Shown here piece by piece: positions 49,902 to 59,712 of a DNA stretch of 64,000 nucleotides. The translations under genes were made by a program, and so were the position numbers. The notes under the pieces are model-generated. The model searched no databases, was not told where the DNA came from, and worked only from the letters and a program-made list of their open reading frames with translations. Position 1 is the stretch's first letter. The number at the start of each line of letters is the position of its first letter. Source of the stretch: Prevotella sp. (GTDB lineage Bacteria; Bacteroidota; Bacteroidia; Bacteroidales; Bacteroidaceae); the NCBI GenBank assembly GCA_020026195.1, contig JAHHQW010000004.1, forward strand, positions 6,416 to 70,415, in the 5' to 3' direction.

Positions 49902-50606
49902 TTACTTTAATTTGTCAAGACGTTTTACAAGTTCCTCCATACCTTCTGAAGCACCCATTACAAGTTGTTCTATGTTTCCAGCTGCGTGCGAAGATACAGG
50001 CTTGGGGTCGATAAGAAATATAGGTTTCCCCTTTGGAACATATCTTACCAGTCCCGCAGCAGGATAAACATTCAGCGATGTTCCTATGATGACAAAGATG
50101 TCAGCAGTCATAGTCTCTTCGATTGCAGGTTCTATCTGTGGAACACTTTCACCGAAGAACACAATGAACGGACGTCTAAGTGAACCGTCGTCAGCCTTTT
50201 CTCCTGGTTTCACTTCTAAGTCGTCTTCGCTTAAAGTCTTAATGTAACGAGGATCGTATGCATCGTTGCTCGAACATGTTTTCATTAGTTCGCCATGAAG
50301 ATGAATAACCTTGCTGCTGCCGGCTCTTTCATGAAGGTTGTCTACATTCTGTGTCACCACTACAACATTAAAATCCTTTTCCAATGAAGCAACAAGTTCG
50401 TGTCCTCTGTTAGGTTTTGCCTTGACCAACTTCTTGCGCAGCATATTGTAGAAATTATTTACCAATACAGGATCTTTAAGCCAGCCCTCATGAGAAGCCA
50501 CCTGTTCTACGGGATACTGTTCCCACAGTCCTCCTGAGTCACGGAATGTAGTCATCCCGCTTTCGGCAGACATGCCTGCGCCGGTTAAAACCACTAATTT
50601 TTTCAT
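49902..50606 (-). CDS. cobB: NAD-dependent protein deacylase (sirtuin)
   Basis: TGAGMSAESG, TQNVDNLHERAG, HLHGE, VFFGE, GTSLNVYPAA; start at ATG 50606 after TATTTTTG (50635-50642, minus). Confidence 0.92.
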   Translation of the reverse strand: MKKLVVLTGAGMSAESGMTTFRDSGGLWEQYPVEQVASHEGWLKDPVLVNNFYNMLRKKLVKAKPNRGHELVASLEKDFNVVVVTQNVDNLHERAGSSKVIHLHGELMKTCSSNDAYDPRYIKTLSEDDLEVKPGEKADDGSLRRPFIVFFGESVPQIEPAIEETMTADIFVIIGTSLNVYPAAGLVRYVPKGKPIFLIDPKPVSSHAAGNIEQLVMGASEGMEELVKRLDKLK

Positions 50607-50747
50607 AGCCAATGATATTTGTATTAACAATATACAAAAATAACGTTTTTTCGTCAATAAACCGAATATAATGAGAAAAAACATATATCTTTGCAACGTA
50701 TCTATCAAAAAACAGAATAATTTTAATCAAAAAGAAATCATAAAGTA

Positions 50748-51353
50748 ATGGATAAATTAAGTTACGCTTTGGGATTAGGCATCGGAACTCAGCTTAATCA
50801 GATGGGTGCAAATGACATCAATGTGGACGATTTTGCGCTGGCCATTAAGGACGTATTAGCAGGTAAGGAATTGAAAGTGACAGAAGCAGAGGCTCAGACT
50901 CTTGTTCAGAACTTTTTCATGGAACAGGAGAGCAAGCAGCGTGCTGAAATGGCAGAAAAGGGCAAGGAAGCTCGTGAAGCAGGAGAAAAATATCTTGCAG
51001 AAAATGCAAAGAAAGAAGGCGTTGTCGTTCTTCCCAGCGGACTCCAGTATTTAGTGTTGAAAGAAGGAACAGGTAAGAAGCCTGCTGCAACAGACAGCGT
51101 AAAATGTCACTACGAGGGTATGCTTACAGACGGAACTCTCTTTGACAGCAGTTTACAGCGTGGCGAGCCTGCAACATTTGCTCTCAACCAGGTAATAAAG
51201 GGATGGACAGAAGGTCTGCAGCTTATGAAGGAAGGTGCTAAGTATCGTTTCTTCATTCCTTATCAGCTCGGATATGGAGAACACGGTGCAGGAGCAGCAA
51301 TTCCTCCTTATGCAGCTCTCGTATTCGATGTAGAACTCTTAGAAGTTAAATAA
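50748..51353 (+). CDS. FKBP-type PPIase (FklB-like, no signal peptide)
   Basis: DKLSYALG N-domain; SGLQY, HYEG.L.DG..FDSS, VIKGW, YG, IPP..L.FDVEL; TATCTTTG at 50686. Confidence 0.95.
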   Translation: MDKLSYALGLGIGTQLNQMGANDINVDDFALAIKDVLAGKELKVTEAEAQTLVQNFFMEQESKQRAEMAEKGKEAREAGEKYLAENAKKEGVVVLPSGLQYLVLKEGTGKKPAATDSVKCHYEGMLTDGTLFDSSLQRGEPATFALNQVIKGWTEGLQLMKEGAKYRFFIPYQLGYGEHGAGAAIPPYAALVFDVELLEVK

Positions 51354-51366
51354 CAAAATAAATATT

Positions 51367-52335
51367 ATGAAAAGACTTAAGGTTCTTGCTATAGCAGCTG
51401 CAGTGGCTCTCACATTTGCAGGATGCAATGGCGGCAGTAAGGATAAAAACGGAATAGAAAATTCTGATAGCGAAACATTCGACAAGAACGGACAGGCAGA
51501 GGCTTTACAGTGTAATGATTCTGTATGCATGGCAATGGGCTACAACATTGGTATGCAATTTAAGTCGATGGGTATAAAAGACATCAATACCAAGGAGTAT
51601 CTTTTAGGTATCAAAGATGCTGTTGATGGTAAAGATCTCAAGGTAAAGCCCGATGAAGCACAGAAATTCATGTACTCCATCATGTCTGAATTGCAGAAAG
51701 ACGCTAAGAAGAGTCTTAAGGACAGCGAGCTTGATAAGTTCTGTTATATAATGGGTTCGCAGATGGGTATCAATTTCAAGAGAATGGGACTCGTAAGAGT
51801 AGATTTTGAAAAGATAACATCAACGATAAAGAATGTAGTATCTGGTAAGGATGCAGGCATCAAACCCGAAGAGACAACAAGAGTTCTTGATACTTTCTTC
51901 AAGGATTTCGCTGAAAAGCAGCGTAAGATAATGGAAGAGAAAGGCAAGATTGCAAAAGTTGAGGGTGAGAAGTTCTTGAAAGAGAATGCAAAGAAAGATG
52001 GCGTAGTTACATTGCCCAGCGGTCTTCAGTACACTGTTCTGAAAGAAGGTAGCGGTAAGAAACCTACAGCCGAAGACGTCGTTATATGCCATTATACAGG
52101 AAAACTTACAGACGGAACTGTATTCGACAGCAGTGTTAAACGTAACGAACCCGCTACATTTGGTGTAAGTCAGGTAATAAAGGGATGGACAGAAGGTCTT
52201 CAGCTCATGAAAGTAGGAGCTAAGTATCGTTTCTTTATTCCTTATCAGTTAGCATATGGCGAGACTGGTGCAGGAAACGACATTCCTCCTTACTCAGTGC
52301 TTATATTTGATGTCGAACTTATTGAGATAAAGTAA
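51367..52335 (+). CDS. FKBP-type PPIase, lipoprotein with duplicated N-domain
   Basis: Lipobox TFAGC; two MG..(I/M)G..FK.MG N-domain repeats; canonical HYTG/FDSS/VIKGW/AYG. Confidence 0.92.
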   Translation: MKRLKVLAIAAAVALTFAGCNGGSKDKNGIENSDSETFDKNGQAEALQCNDSVCMAMGYNIGMQFKSMGIKDINTKEYLLGIKDAVDGKDLKVKPDEAQKFMYSIMSELQKDAKKSLKDSELDKFCYIMGSQMGINFKRMGLVRVDFEKITSTIKNVVSGKDAGIKPEETTRVLDTFFKDFAEKQRKIMEEKGKIAKVEGEKFLKENAKKDGVVTLPSGLQYTVLKEGSGKKPTAEDVVICHYTGKLTDGTVFDSSVKRNEPATFGVSQVIKGWTEGLQLMKVGAKYRFFIPYQLAYGETGAGNDIPPYSVLIFDVELIEIK

Positions 52336-52352
52336 TTTAAATATAAATAGTA

Positions 52353-53213
52353 ATGAAAAAATTATCAATTGCTGCTGTAGCTTTTGCAGCACTTTCATTT
52401 ACAGCTTGTAATCATGTACCTCAGGCAGACATGAATAATTCTGCAGACTCATTGAGTTACATGAGTGGATTCCAGCAGGGAAGTTATATCTCACAGAATC
52501 TTCAGAGAATAGGTGTTGATTCTTCTAACGTTGACCAGTTCATCAAGGGTATGTTAGACGGATACAAACATGCAGAAGATAAGAACAAGCAGATTTACAT
52601 GGAAGGTATGAAGTTTGGTGTTCAGTGCGCTAACGGACTGATGCCTTACTTGAATCAGAATGTTTATGGAGCAGACTCAACAAAGACATTGTCAGAAGAA
52701 AATGTAATGGCAGGTCTTATCCAGGGTCTTCAGGAGAAGAATCCTGAAATGAAGCGTCTTCAGATAGACTCTATCGTTTCTGTTCTCAGAACAGCCGTAA
52801 AGGAAGAAACATTTGCTTCTAACAGAAAGGCTGGAGAAGAATATATGAAGGCAAACGCTCAGAAAGAAGGAGTAAAGACTACACAGAGCGGACTTCAGTA
52901 TAAAGTTATCAAGCAGGGTAACGGTGCCGTACCTTCTGAGAATTCAAAAGTAAAACTCAGTTTCACTGCAAGACTTATTAATGGAGAGACAGTAGAAAGC
53001 TTCAAGGCTGATTCTATCGACTTCCCCGTAAACCGTTCATTCAACGAAGGTTTCAAGGAAGCTCTTACAATGATGCCTGTTGGTTCTAAGTGGGAAGTAA
53101 CAATTCCTCAGAATCTTGCTTTCGGTGACGAAGCTGTTGGCAACATCAAGCCTTTCTCAGCACTTATATTCGACATCGAACTTATTTCTATTAAAGCAGA
53201 AGATAAGAAGTAA
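52353..53213 (+). CDS. FKBP-type PPIase-like lipoprotein, degenerate active site
   Basis: Lipobox SFTAC; DSLSY, SGLQYKV, MPVGSKWEV..P..LAFG, FDIEL. Confidence 0.88.
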   Translation: MKKLSIAAVAFAALSFTACNHVPQADMNNSADSLSYMSGFQQGSYISQNLQRIGVDSSNVDQFIKGMLDGYKHAEDKNKQIYMEGMKFGVQCANGLMPYLNQNVYGADSTKTLSEENVMAGLIQGLQEKNPEMKRLQIDSIVSVLRTAVKEETFASNRKAGEEYMKANAQKEGVKTTQSGLQYKVIKQGNGAVPSENSKVKLSFTARLINGETVESFKADSIDFPVNRSFNEGFKEALTMMPVGSKWEVTIPQNLAFGDEAVGNIKPFSALIFDIELISIKAEDKK

Positions 53214-53221
53214 AGATCAGA

Positions 53222-54397
53222 ATGATACAAAAGACTGATAAGAAATTAACGGCAGCACTTGCATATTATGTAAGTGTTGCTGTTGTTTTATTCTTTTTTA
53301 CGGCCTGTGGCAACAATAACCATAAGGTAGAACTTAAGACATTGGAAGATACCCTTGCTTATAGCATGGGAAGCATGCAGAAACTGCAGTACATGAATTA
53401 TATCGAAACCAGCTGTAAGGTAGACACAAATTACAGGGCAGCTTGTTTTGAGGGAATAGAGGAAGGATATAAAGATAGAGAGCACACGGTAGCTTATTAT
53501 GATGGTATAAATATCGGTATCCAGATAATGAGTTATATTAATCAGACTGATACAAGTTTGGTAAACAAGCAGTTTGTTGAAGGAATGATAGACGGAGCTC
53601 TGGGCAAAGAACTTAAAAAAGAAACAGACGGGAATAAAGTTCCTGAAAAATATACTAAAGGTGTAAATCAGTCACGCATATTAAAAGAATACATTAAGGG
53701 AATCGAATATAAAGGTGTAACGTTGAAAGATTTCATAGAAGGCTTCCGTCTCGGATCATCTTCATATAATGTTCCCGAAGAATATGCATTCTTATGCGGA
53801 AAGGTGTTTGGCGGATCTCGTCTTCAGGGAGCCTTACGTTCAGTAAATATGCAGGTCTATGGTGACGACACGACAAAAGCACTTTCTTCAGAACTTTTCT
53901 ATGCAGGTTTTATGGAGTGTAATCTTCCGACAGCGGCAATACCTCATCGCAATGCTAACGATGCAGCCATGCTGGCAATGTATAAGATAAACACCAAATT
54001 GTATTCTGATAATAAGAAGAAGAATGAAGAATTCTTATCAGAAAATTCGAAGAAACCTGGAGTAACTACATTATCAGATGGAATACAATATAAAGTAATC
54101 AAAGAGACAAAAGGTAAGAAACCAACAAAGGATTCTCATGTAGAAATACATTGTGTCCTGAAGACGATAGAGGGGAATGTTGTTCTTGATTCTCATGATT
54201 ATGCAGCTCCTATACCAGTTGATATCAAACACGAGAAAAATCTGTATTACAGAGAAATTCTGCCACTTATGTCAGAAGGTTCTGTATACGAAGTATATGT
54301 TCCGCAACATTTAGGTTTCGGATTCCAGTATGTAAACAATGTAAAACCCTTCTCTACGATTATATATCAGATAGAACTAATAAAGATAACCAAGTAA
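53222..54397 (+). CDS. FKBP-type PPIase-like lipoprotein, strongly degenerate active site
   Basis: Lipobox FFTAC; DTLAY, DGIQYKV, M..GS.YEVYVP..LGFG, VKPFSTIIYQIEL. Confidence 0.82.
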   Translation: MIQKTDKKLTAALAYYVSVAVVLFFFTACGNNNHKVELKTLEDTLAYSMGSMQKLQYMNYIETSCKVDTNYRAACFEGIEEGYKDREHTVAYYDGINIGIQIMSYINQTDTSLVNKQFVEGMIDGALGKELKKETDGNKVPEKYTKGVNQSRILKEYIKGIEYKGVTLKDFIEGFRLGSSSYNVPEEYAFLCGKVFGGSRLQGALRSVNMQVYGDDTTKALSSELFYAGFMECNLPTAAIPHRNANDAAMLAMYKINTKLYSDNKKKNEEFLSENSKKPGVTTLSDGIQYKVIKETKGKKPTKDSHVEIHCVLKTIEGNVVLDSHDYAAPIPVDIKHEKNLYYREILPLMSEGSVYEVYVPQHLGFGFQYVNNVKPFSTIIYQIELIKITK

Positions 54398-54398
54398 T

Positions 54399-55319
54399 AT
54401 GAAAAAATTATTAATGTTGGCCGTTGTTCTTTTCATTGGAGCAGCAGCCGTCGATGCATCAGCATTCACAGGAAACAAGAACAAGAAGAAACAGAAAAAG
54501 CAGAATAAAGAAACATTAGTCCTGACAAACAAATCAGATTCACTCAGCTATGCGTGCGGAATGACAGTAACACAGGGACTGATGGACTTCATTGTTAAGG
54601 GAATGAAGGTTGATACAACTTACATGGCCGACGTATTAAGAGGTTTTGGCGATGCTGTAAATGCTGACAAGAAGCAGGAAGCAAAACTCAAGGCTTATAT
54701 GGCTGGTTCTCAGATTGCAAGTATGCTTAACGAAAGAATCATTCCCGGAGTGAACAAGGACTTCAAGGACACACCGGACAGCATATTGAATAAGAAACTT
54801 ATTATTGAAGGATTCATGGCATCTCTTAAGGGCGACAGCACAGTAATGTTGCAGAAGAATGCAGAGAAATACTTCAGAGGAATAAGAAACAAGGACGTTG
54901 CAGCAAAAGAAGAAAAGATATACGGTGAGAACCGTAAGGCTGGAGAAAAGTTCCTTGCCGAGAACGCAAAGAAAGAAGGCGTTGTAACTCTTAAGGATGG
55001 TCTTCAGTATAAGATTATCACTAAGGGTAACGGAGCAGTTCCTACAAAAGACGATAAAGTTGTAGTTAAGTACGAAGGACGTCTCATTGACGGCAAGGTG
55101 TTTGACAGCAGCTACAAGCGCAATCCTCAGACTAATACATTCCGTCCTACAGATGTAATTAAGGGATGGACAGAGATACTTACAATGATGCCTGTAGGCA
55201 GCAAGTGGGAAGTATACATTCCACAGGAACTTGCATATGGAAGTCGTAAGGCTGGAATGATAAAGCCGTTCAGCGCACTTGTATTTGTCGTAGAACTGGT
55301 TGATATAGAGAAGAAATAA
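54399..55319 (+). CDS. FKBP-type PPIase with Sec signal peptide (FkpA/Mip-like)
   Basis: Signal peptide ending VDASA; DSLSY; YEGRLIDGKVFDSS, VIKGW, LAYG. Confidence 0.93.
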   Translation: MKKLLMLAVVLFIGAAAVDASAFTGNKNKKKQKKQNKETLVLTNKSDSLSYACGMTVTQGLMDFIVKGMKVDTTYMADVLRGFGDAVNADKKQEAKLKAYMAGSQIASMLNERIIPGVNKDFKDTPDSILNKKLIIEGFMASLKGDSTVMLQKNAEKYFRGIRNKDVAAKEEKIYGENRKAGEKFLAENAKKEGVVTLKDGLQYKIITKGNGAVPTKDDKVVVKYEGRLIDGKVFDSSYKRNPQTNTFRPTDVIKGWTEILTMMPVGSKWEVYIPQELAYGSRKAGMIKPFSALVFVVELVDIEKK

Positions 55320-55357
55320 AAATAGGCAGTAGAAATTTAATAATTAAATATAGGTAT

Positions 55358-55837
55358 ATGGATAAGATTGATAATATGGACAGAAAGATTCTGTCTATTC
55401 TTACAAAGAATGCACGTATTCCGTTTAAGGATGTAGCTGAAGAGTGTGGAGTTTCACGCGCAGCAGTTCATCAGAGAGTACAGCACCTCATTGAGGAAGG
55501 CGTAATCACTGGTAGCGGATATTTTGTTAATCCTAAGAGTCTCGGTTACACTACATGTACATATGTAGGAATCCAGCTCGAAAAGGGAAGCATGTACAAG
55601 ACCGTAGTAGAACGTCTTTACAATATCCCTGAGGTTATAGAATGCCACTATACAACAGGTGGTTACTCTATTCTTGCAAAACTCTATGCGAAGGACAACG
55701 AACAGCTGATGCACCTTCTTAACGAACAGATTCAGACTATCCCCGGTGTTGTTTCTACCGAAACTCTGATTTCTCTCGAGCAGGGACTGAAGCGTGAAGT
55801 TCCTATTCACTATGAGATTGAGAACGGGGAAAAATAA
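55358..55837 (+). CDS. Lrp/AsnC-family transcriptional regulator
   Basis: IDNMDRKIL...NARIPF...GVSRAAVHQRV HTH; PEVIECHYTTG; TETLISL. Confidence 0.93.
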   Translation: MDKIDNMDRKILSILTKNARIPFKDVAEECGVSRAAVHQRVQHLIEEGVITGSGYFVNPKSLGYTTCTYVGIQLEKGSMYKTVVERLYNIPEVIECHYTTGGYSILAKLYAKDNEQLMHLLNEQIQTIPGVVSTETLISLEQGLKREVPIHYEIENGEK

Positions 55838-55843
55838 TATGTA

Positions 55844-57598
55844 ATGAAATCTTTTGATTTACAAGCACATCTACAAAACATCTATAATTCTTATCCGGAG
55901 GCCGAAAGGCGTCCGGTTATAGGAATTACGGGAAATTATGGCGACGGACAGGCTAAACTGTGCGATAAGTATTACGAAGCTGTTGTAAGGGCTGGCGGTG
56001 TTCCGGTCATAATTCCTCCCGTTTCTGATAAAGACGTTATAATCTGCACACTCGACCGTATAGACGGACTTCTTCTGAGCGGAGGCAGCGATTATAACCC
56101 GTTATGGGCCGGAGAAGAGCCCGTTACCGGACTGCACGGTATCAATGCAGTTCGCGATTTACCCGAATTACTTATTACCCGACTTGCATATAACCGACAG
56201 ATTCCGACGTTAGGTATCTGCCGCGGTATACAGACGCTTGCAATGGCGCTTGGCGGAAGAGTGGAGCAGGACATACATGCAGACCGACTGATTAAGCACA
56301 GTCAGGACGCTGATACGTCGGAGCCTACACACTCGGTAAGCGTGGCAAAGGATTCGCTCCTGTATGATATATATGGAGAAGAACGTCTGTATGTCAATTC
56401 ACTCCATCATCAGGCCGTTGCCGAAGGCGGAGAGAAACTGCGCGTAACAGCACGTTCTGTGGACGGAATAATAGAAGCAGTAGAAAGTACCGAGCATAAG
56501 TTTATCTTAGGAGTACAGTGGCATCCCGAATGGCTTGAGGATGGCAGACCGATCTTTGAAAGGTTTGTCAGAGAAGCTGCCTTGTTTGCTGAGGCTAAGG
56601 ATGTGAATGCCAGGGTCATTACGCTCGATACTCACTGTGACACACCAATGTTCTTTTCAGAGAACGTTCATTTTGAACAGCGCGACACGCGTATTCTCTA
56701 CGATCTGCATAAGATGACAGATGGTCGTCAGGATGCCGTAACAATGGTTGCATATCTTCCCCAGCCTAAAGAAGGACAGAAGTTTGCAGACATAAATCCT
56801 TTTAATGTACCGACACCTAAGGCGTATGCAGATTTAATATTCGATAAGATAGAAGATATCCTGAAGAATAATTCTGCTTATGTACGTCAGGCACGCACGC
56901 CACATGACGTTTTAGTAAATAAGCAAGACGGAGTGAAGTCTATACTGTTAGGAATAGAAAACGGACTTGCTCTCGAAGGCGATGTTGCCAACGTGAAACA
57001 TTTTGCCGACAGGGGAATTACTTATATAACGCTCTGTCATAATGGTGACAATGATATATGCGACAGCGCACGTGGCTCTCAGACACATGGCGGAGTAAGT
57101 CAGCTTGGCGAGAAGATTATCAGGGAGATGAACCGTTGCGGAGTGATGGTAGACCTCAGTCATGGTGCTGAAAGCAGTTTTTACGATGCACTTGAGATAA
57201 GCAGCATGCCTATAGTATGCAGTCACAGCAATAGTAAAGTGCTCTGTGATGTTCCGCGAAATCTTACGGACGATCAGATGCGTGCGCTTGCAAAGCACGG
57301 CGGTGTGGCACACACTACACTTTACAAAGGTTTCTTGTGTAAGGATGGCGGAGCAAGTATAGAAGATGCAATAAAACATCTTGAACACAGCATTGACATC
57401 ATGGGAATAGAACATGTAGGTCTTGGTACTGATTTCGACGGAGACGGCGGCATTCCCGGACTTGCAGATGCTTCTGAACTCATCAACTTCACCGTTGCCC
57501 TGCTCAGAAAACGTTATACTCTCGAAGAGATACGTATGATATGGGGTGGCAACTGGCTGAGATTAATGAACACAATACAAAACAACAGAGAAAAATGA
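55844..57598 (+). CDS. Fusion of C26 gamma-glutamyl hydrolase (class I GATase) and M19 membrane dipeptidase
   Basis: N-half RPVIGIT, LSGG.D, GICRGIQ, NSLHHQAV, QWHPE; C-half LDTHCD, GIENG, VDLSH, SHSN, RNLTD, GTDFDG. Confidence 0.9.
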   Translation: MKSFDLQAHLQNIYNSYPEAERRPVIGITGNYGDGQAKLCDKYYEAVVRAGGVPVIIPPVSDKDVIICTLDRIDGLLLSGGSDYNPLWAGEEPVTGLHGINAVRDLPELLITRLAYNRQIPTLGICRGIQTLAMALGGRVEQDIHADRLIKHSQDADTSEPTHSVSVAKDSLLYDIYGEERLYVNSLHHQAVAEGGEKLRVTARSVDGIIEAVESTEHKFILGVQWHPEWLEDGRPIFERFVREAALFAEAKDVNARVITLDTHCDTPMFFSENVHFEQRDTRILYDLHKMTDGRQDAVTMVAYLPQPKEGQKFADINPFNVPTPKAYADLIFDKIEDILKNNSAYVRQARTPHDVLVNKQDGVKSILLGIENGLALEGDVANVKHFADRGITYITLCHNGDNDICDSARGSQTHGGVSQLGEKIIREMNRCGVMVDLSHGAESSFYDALEISSMPIVCSHSNSKVLCDVPRNLTDDQMRALAKHGGVAHTTLYKGFLCKDGGASIEDAIKHLEHSIDIMGIEHVGLGTDFDGDGGIPGLADASELINFTVALLRKRYTLEEIRMIWGGNWLRLMNTIQNNREK

Positions 57599-58608
57599 AA
57601 AGAGGAGTAAATATATTTATGGCTGTTGCCTTGGCTGCTACGGCTATGTTCACCGTATCATGCGGTAACAACAAAAAGGCTGGACAGACACAGACCGAAG
57701 AGAAAACCGTAATATCTGGTCCGACATTTAATGCCGACAGTGCTTACGCATACTGTAAGGCGCAGTGCGATTTCGGTCCGCGCCCCATGAACACACCGGC
57801 ACATGAAGAATGCGGTAAGTGGATTGCAGATAAGTTTGCTTCGTTCGGATGCAATGTCATCAAGCAGAAAGCCGACCTTAAGGCCTACGACGGAACAATA
57901 CTTAAGTCTACGAACATCATAGCAGAATATAATCCAAAGGCAGCACGTCGTATAATGTTTTGCGCACACTGGGACAGTCGTCCGTGGGCAGATAACGATA
58001 CCGACGAGAATAACCATAAGACGCCTATTATTGCAGCTAATGACGGAGCCAGCGGTGTTTCCGTAATGCTCGAACTGGCACGCGTAATATCAGAACACAA
58101 GGGACTTCCCGAAGATTTCGGCATCGACTTTATATGTTTTGATGCTGAGGACTGGGGAACACCGCAGTGGGATGAAGGCGAAGATGGTTCTGGCGGATGG
58201 GCATTAGGTTCAGAGTATTGGTCAAAGAACCCTCATAAGGCAGGTTACAAGCCTGAATTCGGAATACTTCTCGATATGGTTGGCGGCACAGGTGCCAAGT
58301 TCTACCGCGAAGGAGTGTCAGAAGAGTTTGCATCACATGTAAACGACATCGTTATGAAGGCTGCCAAAGATTTAGGATATGGCAGTATGTTTATCAACGA
58401 GGTTGGAGGATATGTAACCGACGACCATTATTCTATCAATACTATTGCTAAGATTCCTACGATAGACGTTATAGCATATCATCCCGACTGTCAGCAGAGC
58501 TCTTTCGGCAATACATGGCATACGGTTAATGACACTATGGAATTCATCGACAAAAATACACTCGGAGCTGTAGGTCAGACGATGGTTCAGGTGTTATATA
58601 CAAGATAA
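57595..58608 (+). CDS. M28-family peptidase / glutaminyl cyclase-like lipoprotein
   Basis: Lipobox FTVSC; AHWDSRPWAD, ANDGASGV, FDAEDWG, LLDMVG, TDDH, WHT..D; ATGA overlap. Confidence 0.9.
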   Translation: MKRGVNIFMAVALAATAMFTVSCGNNKKAGQTQTEEKTVISGPTFNADSAYAYCKAQCDFGPRPMNTPAHEECGKWIADKFASFGCNVIKQKADLKAYDGTILKSTNIIAEYNPKAARRIMFCAHWDSRPWADNDTDENNHKTPIIAANDGASGVSVMLELARVISEHKGLPEDFGIDFICFDAEDWGTPQWDEGEDGSGGWALGSEYWSKNPHKAGYKPEFGILLDMVGGTGAKFYREGVSEEFASHVNDIVMKAAKDLGYGSMFINEVGGYVTDDHYSINTIAKIPTIDVIAYHPDCQQSSFGNTWHTVNDTMEFIDKNTLGAVGQTMVQVLYTR

Positions 58609-58637
58609 ATTTTTTGTAAAGCATAATAAATTATTGG

Positions 58638-58679
58638 ATAATGGTAAGCATCGCAGACAGATGTTTACCATTATTTTTT
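58638..58679 (+). terminator. Intrinsic terminator closing the FKBP-asnC-peptidase cluster
   Basis: ATAATGGTAAGCATC...GATGTTTACCATTAT followed by TTTTT. Confidence 0.7.
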
Positions 58680-58782
58680 GTCTGAACATTAGTAAGGATA
58701 AATAACCTTCCGTTATATATGATGTACTGTGAATGTTGTTTACAAATTATATAACCTGTAATTTTAATACGGCTTATTTCTG

Positions 58783-58802
58783 CTTGTTACACGTGTAACA
58801 AG
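58783..58802. other. Perfect 20-bp palindrome; parS-like site
   Basis: CTTGTTACACGTGTAACAAG; the 16-bp core TGTTACACGTGTAACA fits TGTTNCACGTGNAACA. Confidence 0.55.
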
Positions 58803-59017
58803 TTATTAATATGCATGTTGCAGACTCAAAAAAACATCTTAAAATTATTTATACATAATGATGCCTGCGGATTGCTATACGTGTGTTCTGTGAAAATGAA
58901 GTATGACAGAATAGAGAACTTTTACATCCGGCATCAGTCATTTCTGTATATTAATTCGGAAACATAAAAACTCAGACTGCTGAATTTTACGTAGGTAATA
59001 ATAGTTTACATGGCGGC

Positions 59018-59063
59018 AAAAATAACTCCGTCAGTATGTATAATAAAAAACATACTGACGGAG
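59018..59063 (-). terminator. Intrinsic terminator after nitroreductase
   Basis: CTCCGTCAGTATGT...ACATACTGACGGAG 14-bp stem with A-run on the + strand side. Confidence 0.7.
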
Positions 59064-59087
59064 ATAAAATACCAATGATATATTAAG

Positions 59088-59591
59088 TTAAAGAGAAATC
59101 TCTTCGATAGTCTTTCTCTTCTTTTCCGGAGTGTTGTTGTCTGTGGGATAACCAACGGGAATAAGTGCGATAGGTGAAATGTTCTCTGGCAGATTAAGAA
59201 CTTCTCTGCACAGATTAACGTCAAAGTTACATACCCAGCATGTGCCAAGTCCCTGTTCGGAAGCAGCAAGACATATATGTTCGGTTGCAATTGCAGCATC
59301 GATGTCGGCATGATCCTTTCCGTCAGCACGGCGGTGCCATGACACAGAATGGTCGGTGCATACAACAATCACGCATGGAGCCTTCTTATACCACGGCTGA
59401 TGGTATACGGTGTGTATCTTCTCAAGTTCTTCGCCACTGGTAACCACCTTAAATCGCCATGGCTGAAAGTTTACGGCCGACGGAGCAAGGCGTGCACACT
59501 CCATGATGTAATCGAGTTTCTCCTGTTCAACCGCACGAGAATCGTAGTCGCGCACGGCATAACGTTTCTTTACCAAGTCTAAAAAGTTCAT
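59088..59591 (-). CDS. Nitroreductase-family flavoprotein
   Basis: KRYAVRDY, ARLAPSAVNFQPW, D.AIA...L.A.EQGLGTCW, PVGYP. Confidence 0.93.
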   Translation of the reverse strand: MNFLDLVKKRYAVRDYDSRAVEQEKLDYIMECARLAPSAVNFQPWRFKVVTSGEELEKIHTVYHQPWYKKAPCVIVVCTDHSVSWHRRADGKDHADIDAAIATEHICLAASEQGLGTCWVCNFDVNLCREVLNLPENISPIALIPVGYPTDNNTPEKKRKTIEEISL

Positions 59592-59712
59592 AAGTCTTAT
59601 CTTCTTATCAGTTAAACATACGGTCTGTAAGATGGAATATCCATAAATACTCCACAGGCATTTTATAACTTATAAACGCAACAACATAACAATCATTGTG
59701 CGCACGCAGTTG

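Noticed and set aside
49902..50606. Sirtuin lacking the four-Cys zinc ribbon
   Set aside because: Only one Cys remains in that segment, but to my knowledge Zn-less CobB is common in Bacteroidota; not novel.
55844..57598. C26 / M19 peptidase fusion as a novelty
   Set aside because: Both halves look intact, and I recognise this fusion as common in Bacteroidales.
58857..58942. Imperfect long-range pairing (TGATGC..CGGAT / ATCCG.GCATCA) as a structured ncRNA
   Set aside because: The pairing is weak and interrupted, lies between opposed terminators with no -7 promoter, and cannot be supported without covariation data.
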